DNA of 24,000 nucleotides from Pectobacterium cacticida (GTDB lineage Bacteria; Pseudomonadota; Gammaproteobacteria; Enterobacterales; Enterobacteriaceae): NCBI RefSeq assembly GCF_036885195.1, contig NZ_CP133656.1, positions 1,356,101 to 1,380,100 of the forward strand, read 5' to 3'. Shown piece by piece: positions 8,035 to 14,782 of this stretch (position 1 is its first letter; each line of letters starts with the position of its first letter). The notes under the pieces were generated by a model. It saw only the letters and a program-made list of their open reading frames with translations, ran no database searches and was not told where the DNA came from. The position numbers and the translations under genes were made by a program.

Positions 8035-9018
8035 TTAGAATATATGCTGAATACCTAACGACAACGTATAGTGCTTATTATCCATTCCGTTCCAGTCGCC
8101 GTCGTAATACTCGGTGTAGTCCCTCTCTTGCCATGTCATCGCGCTTTTAGCTTCTTCATAGCGGGCATAAACCGCTTCCGCATAGAGCTTTGTTTGGGGA
8201 AGGATGTAGTAACCGGCGTTTAATGTCGCTGAAAAATGCAGCGAGTTTCTTCCTTTGGCGCGGAGGGTTATATCCCTGTCGTAGTGGTTATCCTTATTTT
8301 TCGCCCGTACCAGGTTGCTGAATTTCACCATGCCGCCAAATTCGATGTCCTGCTTACGCCAGGAACCGATGAACCCGATGTAAGGCATGCTATAGCGTTG
8401 TTGATAACCGATGATTTTAATACTGTCGGGGAGGGTGAATTTTTCGCGCCCGCCATGTCGATCGTCATAGTCAAATTCGCCGCCGAAGGCAGACCAGCTA
8501 AAGGCAGTTTTTTGGTAGCCTACGGTCAGGCCTACTTTGTAATCCGGCGTTTTTATCATCCAGCCGATAACGTTCAGATCGATTTCATTGCCGTAATTTA
8601 AATCCGTGCGTTCGTGGTGGCTCCAGTGGGACCATTCTGGGCGGTTGGCATAAGTCCAATCGTAATCGTCCATAGTGCCATTGCCCGGTGCCAGCGTGCT
8701 CCAGCCGCGGATTCCCACGCTGAAACGGGGAGAAAAGTCGTAACTCAACTCACCTTTGATAATCAGGGCATTGTCGATTTTCCAGTCCAGTTCACTGGCT
8801 TTTTGTCCCCCGCTCGGCGGGTGATAGAGGAATTCTTTTGATTCCCCTGCCAGGAAGCCGAATGCCAGGCTGCCCGTAAGGGCATTGACGTGATTAAGGC
8901 GGAGTGTTTTTTCCTTTGCTAGCGTTATTCCAGACATGACCATTCCGCTGGTTAGAATAATAAATATCAGCGGGGCTTTTATGTGGCGTTTCCTTGATAG
9001 CGAGCGCTGTGTTTTCAT
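8035..9018 (-). CDS. Omptin-family outer-membrane aspartyl protease (peptidase A26; OmpT/PgtE/Pla-like)
   Basis: Aligns by eye with OmpT along its whole length. ASELDWKIDNALIIKG and MDDYDW correspond to the OmpT Asp83/Asp85 pair. LNYGNEIDLN, IGYQQRYSMPYIG and KDNHYD (Asp210/His212 pair) also match. It has a basic N-terminal signal peptide and a C-terminal aromatic residue. Confidence 0.9.
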   Translation of the reverse strand: MKTQRSLSRKRHIKAPLIFIILTSGMVMSGITLAKEKTLRLNHVNALTGSLAFGFLAGESKEFLYHPPSGGQKASELDWKIDNALIIKGELSYDFSPRFSVGIRGWSTLAPGNGTMDDYDWTYANRPEWSHWSHHERTDLNYGNEIDLNVIGWMIKTPDYKVGLTVGYQKTAFSWSAFGGEFDYDDRHGGREKFTLPDSIKIIGYQQRYSMPYIGFIGSWRKQDIEFGGMVKFSNLVRAKNKDNHYDRDITLRAKGRNSLHFSATLNAGYYILPQTKLYAEAVYARYEEAKSAMTWQERDYTEYYDGDWNGMDNKHYTLSLGIQHIF

Positions 9019-9293
9019 ATTGATGACTTTTTATTGATAATCCGTTTTTATATTCGCTCAACAACGGTTGCTGCGTGCTTCCCAGATTAGGCAAATTAAC
9101 CTCCTTTACCATCCCCTTCTTTCTGATTTGCCTTTCACCCCCCTTTACTGAATTGTGTGCGTTTTCTCATGGCATTAGCCCATTTTTAACCTTGGTTATA
9201 GCGGGGAAAACAAAGAATATGTTCACCTTTATTTTCCTGGTGATTTATTTAACTCGATGTTTTTAAATGATTTGTTTGTTTTTTTGGAATAAT

Positions 9294-9347
9294 TCACCTC
9301 CTCGGTGCCGACTTTTTCTGGCTACAGGGAGGTGATATCCGTTTTTT
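9294..9347 (+). promoter_or_regulatory. Hairpin pairing an anti-SD-like arm (TCACCTCC) with an SD-like arm (GGAGGTGA), followed by a T6 run
   Basis: An 8-bp perfect stem (9294-9301 / 9328-9335) with a 26-nt loop. T6 lies at 9342-9347, 6 nt after the stem. It sits about 100 nt upstream of the M20-LuxR start, so it could be a leader attenuator or the terminator of a short transcript. Confidence 0.35.
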
Positions 9348-9357
9348 ATATTTACAG

Positions 9358-9374
9358 ATCGCGGAAAATCGCGG
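9358..9374. repeat. Direct repeat ATCGCGG-aaa-ATCGCGG with a 10-bp period
   Basis: Read directly from the sequence, 70 bp upstream of the regulator ATG. It is a possible operator; its function is unknown. Confidence 0.5.
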
Positions 9375-9443
9375 TAAATAGGGAATGAAGTAAAAATAAG
9401 TATTTATATATTAATCAAATTGTTGGTTATTTGGTTCTCCATT

Positions 9444-10895
9444 ATGAATAGGTTGTTAAATTTTATTACACAGCGGGAAGGGGAGGCGATCAATCTGCAT
9501 CGAGAATTGGTCTGCCGCCCGGCCATTAACCCTGAACACGGTGGTGAAGGGGAAGAAGTCAAGGCGCGTTGGATAGAAGAATGGCTCTATGATAATGCGC
9601 TGTGCCGCGTGCAACGAATGGATGCTTTAGATGTGCAGGCAAATAATAAATTAAGGCCCAATCTGGTCGCGCATTTTCTTCCGGCGGGGGCGAAACATAC
9701 GCTATGGATCGTGACGCATCTGGATGTCGCCGCCCCTGGGCCACTGGCGCATTGGGTGAGCGACCCCTTTACATTACGTATTGATGGCGACCGATTATAT
9801 GGCCGGGGCGTCGAGGACAATAATCAGGGAATTGTGTCGGCGTTATTACTGCTGGATGCCATGAAACAACTGGACATTACGCCCCCGATGGGAATAGGGG
9901 TAATTTTTACCAGCGCCGGTATTACTGATTACACCAAAGGCATCGGCCATATTTTACGTAAGGTTCCGCAGTTGTTCCGGGCCGACGATCTGATTGTGGT
10001 GCCGGATTATGGCAATGAGAACGGCAGCATTATTGAGATTGGCGAAAAGCGTAACGCGTGGGTGCGTATCGATGTCAAAGGGCGGGAATACCATGCGGGT
10101 TTTAGCGAAGGGGCCAACTGTTTTGAAGCCGCTGCCCGCTTTATTGCCCGCCTAAAGCCTATCCGCCGCCGATACGCGTGTCCCGATCCGTTCTTTTTCC
10201 CGCCGACATCAACGATCACGCCGACGCATGCCGAAACGAACTGCACGGGGTTAAACCACGTTCCTGCCAATTTTGTGTTCTACCTCGACATTCGCCTGAT
10301 GCCGAACTGCGCGTTGGAACCCGTCATGGCCGATCTTCAACAGTTGGCGCGTCATATTGAAAAACAGGACGGAGTGCTATTTACCTTTTCCTATGTCGAG
10401 ATTACGCCAGACGCGCCGATTACGCCCCGTCACGCGCCGGTCATTCGCTTGCTTTCCGACGCCATAGAGCAGGAATTAGGGGTGATGCCCCGTCTGGTTG
10501 GCGTTGGCGGCGTGACCATGGTGTCGGTGATCCGTTCTCTGGGGTTGCCTGTGGCGGTGTGGGGGATCCAGCAATCCCGTAAAAACCAGATCAATGAGAG
10601 CATCAGCCTGAAAGCGCAACTGGCGCAAACGCGTATTTTTGCCCGGATGTTATATGCCTCACCGCAAAAGCGCGCCAAGCCGTCGCCTGATTTGCTCACC
10701 GCAGAGAAAACGCCGCATATCACGCCGGCGGAACAGGCTGTCGCCAAGCTGGTGGGGCTTGGTATGAATAATGAGGATATTGGCGAACAGCTCAGTGTGA
10801 GTGTCAACACGATTCGAACACACCTGAAAAACCTGTATCGTAAGACGGGCGCACGTAATCGGCGTGAGTTGCAACGGTTGTTTATTGTGCAATAA
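9444..10895 (+). CDS. Fusion regulator: M20-family (ArgE/DapE-like) peptidase-like domain plus a C-terminal LuxR/GerE-type HTH
   Basis: The N-terminal ~400 aa carry M20 motifs: GGEGE, RPNLVA, VTHLDV, YGRGVEDNNQG, VVPDYGNENGSIIEIGEK and VGVGG. The C-terminal 60 aa, TPAEQAVAKLVGLGMNNEDIGEQLSVSVNTIRTHLKNLYRKTGARNRRELQ, form a LuxR-type HTH. Start set at ATG 9444 (MNRLL); the track uses the TTG at 9420. Confidence 0.85.
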   Translation: MNRLLNFITQREGEAINLHRELVCRPAINPEHGGEGEEVKARWIEEWLYDNALCRVQRMDALDVQANNKLRPNLVAHFLPAGAKHTLWIVTHLDVAAPGPLAHWVSDPFTLRIDGDRLYGRGVEDNNQGIVSALLLLDAMKQLDITPPMGIGVIFTSAGITDYTKGIGHILRKVPQLFRADDLIVVPDYGNENGSIIEIGEKRNAWVRIDVKGREYHAGFSEGANCFEAAARFIARLKPIRRRYACPDPFFFPPTSTITPTHAETNCTGLNHVPANFVFYLDIRLMPNCALEPVMADLQQLARHIEKQDGVLFTFSYVEITPDAPITPRHAPVIRLLSDAIEQELGVMPRLVGVGGVTMVSVIRSLGLPVAVWGIQQSRKNQINESISLKAQLAQTRIFARMLYASPQKRAKPSPDLLTAEKTPHITPAEQAVAKLVGLGMNNEDIGEQLSVSVNTIRTHLKNLYRKTGARNRRELQRLFIVQ

Positions 10896-11080
10896 ACCCA
10901 GGCCTTCACGTACTGTTCTATCAGGGGAGTGAGGTGGGACGATCACCAGCACACCAATCACTATCCACTCAGGCGAAGCTGAGTTACCATGTTGGCCTGT
11001 TTTTAAAGTGCTCGCGCGGGCGCAACACGTGACGTTGCCGCCGTCGCTGGCAGGTTATCCCTCAGACAGGAGTTGCTTGA

Positions 11081-12487
11081 ATGTCCAAACAGCAAATTGG
11101 CGTTGTGGGTATGGCGGTGATGGGGCGCAATTTGGCGCTTAACATTGAAAGCCGTGGCTATAGCGTTTCCATCTTCAACCGTTCTTCCGATAAAACCGAT
11201 GAAGTGATCGCGGAAAATCCGGGTAAAAAACTGGTGCCTTCTTATACGGTTGAGGAGTTTGTTAACTCCCTGGAAAAACCTCGCCGTATTCTGCTGATGG
11301 TGAAGGCAGGGGAAGCAACCGATAAAACGATTGCGTCGCTGAAACCTTACCTGGAAAAGGGCGATATTCTGATCGACGGCGGTAACACCTTCTATAAAGA
11401 TACTATTCGCCGCAACCGCGAGCTGTCTGCCGAAGGCTTTAACTTCATCGGCACCGGTGTTTCCGGTGGCGAAGAGGGCGCGTTAAAAGGGCCTTCTATT
11501 ATGCCGGGTGGGCAGAAAGAAGCCTATGAGCTGGTGGCGCCGATTCTGGAACAGATCGCCGCCCGTGCCGATGGCGAAGCCTGTGTCACCTATATCGGCG
11601 CGGATGGTGCGGGGCACTATGTCAAGATGGTGCATAACGGTATTGAATACGGCGATATGCAACTGATTGCCGAGGCGTATTCTCTACTCAAACATGCGTT
11701 GAATCTGAGTAATGATGAACTTGCCGCGACGTTCTCTGAATGGAACAAAGGCGAACTGAGCAGCTATCTGATCGAGATTACTGCCGATATCTTCACCAAG
11801 AAAGATGAAGATGGTAAGTATCTGGTTGACGTGATTCTGGATGAAGCGGCGAATAAAGGCACCGGTAAGTGGACCAGCCAAAGTGCGCTGGATCTGGGCG
11901 AACCGCTGTCGCTGATCACCGAATCTGTTTTTGCCCGCTATCTTTCTTCACTGAAGGATCAACGTGTTGCGGCAGCTAAGGTGTTGAGCGGGCCGACAGC
12001 GCAGCCGTTCGCCGGGGATAAAGCCGAATTTGTCGAGAAAGTGCGCCGGGCGTTGTATCTGGGCAAAATCGTCTCTTATGCGCAAGGTTTTTCACAGTTG
12101 AAAGCCGCGTCGGTTGAGAACAACTGGGATCTCAACTACGGTGAGATCGCTAAGATCTTCCGCGCTGGCTGTATCATCCGTGCACAGTTCCTGCAAAAAA
12201 TCACCGACGCCTATGCGCAAGATGCCGATATCGCTAACCTGCTGTTAGCGCCTTATTTCAAAAACGTGGCGGATGAATACCAGCAAGCGCTGCGCGATGT
12301 GGTGTCCTATGCGGTACAGCAAGGCATCCCGACGCCAACGTTCTCGGCCGCTATCGCCTATTACGATAGCTACCGCTCAGCGGTGTTGCCCGCTAACCTG
12401 ATTCAGGCGCAGCGCGATTATTTTGGTGCGCATACTTATAAGCGTACGGACAAAGACGGCGTATTCCATACCGAATGGTTGGAATAA
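11081..12487 (+). CDS. gnd: 6-phosphogluconate dehydrogenase, decarboxylating
   Basis: [27 protein letters not shown]... is near-identical by eye to E. coli Gnd over 468 aa. A CAGGAG SD is present. Confidence 0.98.
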   Translation: MSKQQIGVVGMAVMGRNLALNIESRGYSVSIFNRSSDKTDEVIAENPGKKLVPSYTVEEFVNSLEKPRRILLMVKAGEATDKTIASLKPYLEKGDILIDGGNTFYKDTIRRNRELSAEGFNFIGTGVSGGEEGALKGPSIMPGGQKEAYELVAPILEQIAARADGEACVTYIGADGAGHYVKMVHNGIEYGDMQLIAEAYSLLKHALNLSNDELAATFSEWNKGELSSYLIEITADIFTKKDEDGKYLVDVILDEAANKGTGKWTSQSALDLGEPLSLITESVFARYLSSLKDQRVAAAKVLSGPTAQPFAGDKAEFVEKVRRALYLGKIVSYAQGFSQLKAASVENNWDLNYGEIAKIFRAGCIIRAQFLQKITDAYAQDADIANLLLAPYFKNVADEYQQALRDVVSYAVQQGIPTPTFSAAIAYYDSYRSAVLPANLIQAQRDYFGAHTYKRTDKDGVFHTEWLE

Positions 12488-12522
12488 CCGTATCTTATGA
12501 TGAGTTAATACGTTTCATTAAT

Positions 12523-12557
12523 AAAACGTCAGATTAAGAAATATCTGGCGTTTTTTA
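12523..12557 (+). terminator. Rho-independent terminator of gnd
   Basis: AAAACGTCAGAT-loop-ATCTGGCGTTTTTT forms a stem with one G-U pair followed by a T6 run, 36 nt after the gnd stop. Confidence 0.7.
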
Positions 12558-12945
12558 TTGGTGAATCAGTAGATTGGTATCATCAGGATATCTATGGCTT
12601 TTTTCCAGAAATACGGTAAATTAATCTAAAGATAACTGTTTCAATTCTACGAGACTTGCTGTTTATTGTGTCAGGATCTTGCTATTTTTAACGGTGTTGC
12701 AGAAATTGGGTTGCCGTTTTGATTTGTTGGCGCGCTGACGGCGGGGTTCCCCGCCAGCATACGCGGTGTTTTACGTGTTTGGCTGCCATCGGACGGTAAC
12801 TCAGATCTGGAAAAATCCTGATAACGGCCTGTGAATATAAAGTAAAAAAGTATTTTTGCTTTTATATCGGCCGGAATAGAGGACGGGGTATGGTCCTGCG
12901 ACGGTACTCCACCCTGAAGTACTTCATGTAAAAAAGGAAATCGTA

Positions 12946-13236
12946 ATGAAGAAAACGTTAATCGCATTGGCTGCCGTACTGGCCATGTCGTCAAACGCGT
13001 TTGCTGTTGATGGCGTTTCTAGCGCGACTGCTGCAGGCACCACAACCTCAACGACCAGTGCTGGCGTTGCTGCCGGTACGGCTGGCGCGGCTGCGGGCGC
13101 GGCTGCGGGCACTACCGCGCTGGTTGCGGTAGGTGTTGCTGCAGCGGTTGCTGCGGGTGTCGCTGTGGCTGTTGCCAATGATGACGACAACGGCAGCACC
13201 GGTACGACGTCAGTGACAAATGGTACTGGTAGTTAA
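12946..13236 (+). CDS. yjbE: YjbE-like small secreted Ala/Gly/Thr-rich protein (first gene of the yjbEFGH EPS operon)
   Basis: Signal peptide MKKTLIALAAVLAMSSNAFA, then low-complexity A/G/T/S/V sequence ending in a T/G/S tail, like E. coli YjbE. An AAGGAA SD is present, and it sits immediately upstream of yjbF, yjbG and yjbH. Confidence 0.75.
   Translation: MKKTLIALAAVLAMSSNAFAVDGVSSATAAGTTTSTTSAGVAAGTAGAAAGAAAGTTALVAVGVAAAVAAGVAVAVANDDDNGSTGTTSVTNGTGS
13087..13110 (+). repeat. Perfect tandem duplication of a 12-bp unit (GCGGCTGCGGGC x2) inside yjbE
   Basis: Read directly from the sequence. It is in-frame and encodes AAAG twice. Confidence 0.9.
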
Positions 13237-13252
13237 TCTCGTGTTTTATGCT

Positions 13253-13281
13253 AAGGCCACTTCGGTGGCCTTTCTTTTTCC
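13253..13281 (+). terminator. Intra-operon hairpin/attenuator between yjbE and yjbF
   Basis: AAGGCCAC-ttcg-GTGGCCTT is an 8-bp stem with a tetraloop, followed by TCTTTTTCC. It lies 17 nt after the yjbE stop. Confidence 0.6.
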
Positions 13282-13312
13282 AGGCAACGCCGTTCAACGA
13301 GAACTGCATTTG

Positions 13313-13990
13313 ATGACAAAAATAAAACGACTGGCAAAGATGAAAGCGCTGGTTGCCATCCCGCTTTTATCGCTTGTGCTAACGGGGTGCTCCCAAAATG
13401 TGGAACAGGTGGGGAAGATCTTTAAATTGGCGTTATTTGGGCAGGATGATACCCACGTTACGGCTAAACAGGTCGCCGATACGCCCTATGCTTCAGCCTA
13501 CCTGAAAGTGGGTAAAGCGCCGCAGGCGTTTGTAGTGCTGGCCTTTGCCGAACACGGGCAACTGACTTGGATTGGCGCGGATAAAAACCGTGTCTCGACC
13601 CAAAATGGGCGTTTGGTGAAAACCCAGGGCTTTGGGGAAGACATCAGCTATGTGGCTAATCTGCAACAGGATCCCCTTACGCTGGGCTTATTGAAGCCCT
13701 CGACGCCCATGACGTGGCACAGCCGGGTGGCATGGTCGCAGGTTTTCCGCGGCGGTTACGATACGCAGTCTGTTTTCCGGGCGCGTGGCAAAGAAACGGT
13801 AACCATTCTCGATGCGCCGCGTGAGTTGCTGCGTTTTGATGAGCAGGTCACCGTCCCCGCCTTGCAGACCTCTTATACCAATCATTATTGGCTCGATCCC
13901 GCGACTGGACACGTGGTGCGAAGTCAGCAGTATATGGGGCCGGATATGGCGTTGGTCACCTTCACGATATTAAAACCTTACGGACAATAA
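13313..13990 (+). CDS. yjbF: YjbF-family lipoprotein (EPS/group 4 capsule GfcB-like)
   Basis: The lipobox LVLTGC follows MTKIKRLAKMKALVAIPLLS. DTPYASAYL...FVVLAFAE...NGRLVKT matches E. coli YjbF by eye. An alternative start is at 13340. Confidence 0.85.
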   Translation: MTKIKRLAKMKALVAIPLLSLVLTGCSQNVEQVGKIFKLALFGQDDTHVTAKQVADTPYASAYLKVGKAPQAFVVLAFAEHGQLTWIGADKNRVSTQNGRLVKTQGFGEDISYVANLQQDPLTLGLLKPSTPMTWHSRVAWSQVFRGGYDTQSVFRARGKETVTILDAPRELLRFDEQVTVPALQTSYTNHYWLDPATGHVVRSQQYMGPDMALVTFTILKPYGQ

Positions 13991-13999
13991 AGGGCTGTC

Positions 14000-14782
14000 A
14001 TGTTGGCACTTAATCGTATCGCTACCTTATTGCTGCTGGTTTCCGGCGTTGCGACCGCCGCGCAACTGACGGTGAAGTCCCCGCAGGAGACGATCGCCGT
14101 GGTGAAACTGGACGACGGTACGCGTCTTGAACAATTTTATCAGCAGGTTCCCTGGCCACGGAATATCAACTGGCAAACCGCGTTTATTTCCGATTTCGCC
14201 ACCACGCAGAAAGTGCGGGCGCAAGGCGATGTCTTGCTGCAAAAACTGGCCGAACTGGAAACGCGCTGGCGTAATTCAGGAGATGGCGATCTGGCGATCT
14301 CCGCCTGGCTACTGAGGAAGACGCTGGCTCCCATTAACGTTGCCGGGCGCATCCATACGGATCTGGACCCGGATAGCGTCCGTGTTTATGCCGAAAATAA
14401 TCGTCCGCTGGTGGGGGAATATGCGCTGTATGTGGCGCCCCATGAGGACACGTTAACGTTGATCGGTCTGCTGAATACCGCCGCCGATGTAGGGGAACTG
14501 GAGACGTCAGGGAACGTGGCGCTGCGTGCCGGATGGTCGGTAGAGGATTACCTTTCCGGGCGGCGTCTGTTAGCGGGCGCGGATAACAGCGAGGGTTATC
14601 TGATCGCAGGGAATGGCTCTTGGCGTAAGGTGCCGCTGGCGTTGTGGAACCGTCAGCATATCGAACCTGCCGCAGGTGAAACGCTGTTTATCGGCTTCGA
14701 TCCCGCCGTACTCCCTTCGGATATGTCAACGCTTAACGATCAGCTCGCGGATTACCTCGCTAACCGGACTCCACTCGAATGA
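14000..14782 (+). CDS. yjbG: YjbG-family periplasmic protein (GfcC-like)
   Basis: It has a signal peptide. LDPDSVRV...YALYV...TLTLIGL...WNRQHIEP...LFIGF is collinear with E. coli YjbG. Confidence 0.8.
   Translation: MLALNRIATLLLLVSGVATAAQLTVKSPQETIAVVKLDDGTRLEQFYQQVPWPRNINWQTAFISDFATTQKVRAQGDVLLQKLAELETRWRNSGDGDLAISAWLLRKTLAPINVAGRIHTDLDPDSVRVYAENNRPLVGEYALYVAPHEDTLTLIGLLNTAADVGELETSGNVALRAGWSVEDYLSGRRLLAGADNSEGYLIAGNGSWRKVPLALWNRQHIEPAAGETLFIGFDPAVLPSDMSTLNDQLADYLANRTPLE

Noticed and set aside
12535-12548. RcsAB-box-like TAAGAAATATCTGG upstream of yjbE.
   Set aside because: Only about 8 of 14 positions match the remembered consensus (TaAGaatatTCctA). The sequence is also the loop and 3' arm of the gnd terminator, about 400 bp from yjbE.
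12671-12994. A 107-aa minus-strand ORF across the yjbE leader.
   Set aside because: It has no SD and no motifs, and it overlaps the yjbE start and promoter region. It is more likely non-coding 5' leader. A GC hairpin (GGCGGGGttCCCCGCC, about 12740-12755) is present there, but I could not match it to a riboswitch class, including GEMM c-di-GMP.
12924-13199. A 91-aa Ala/Pro/Thr-rich ORF antisense to yjbE.
   Set aside because: It is the mirror image of the GCN-rich yjbE low-complexity tract. It has no SD, whereas yjbE has a signal peptide, an SD and the right operon context.
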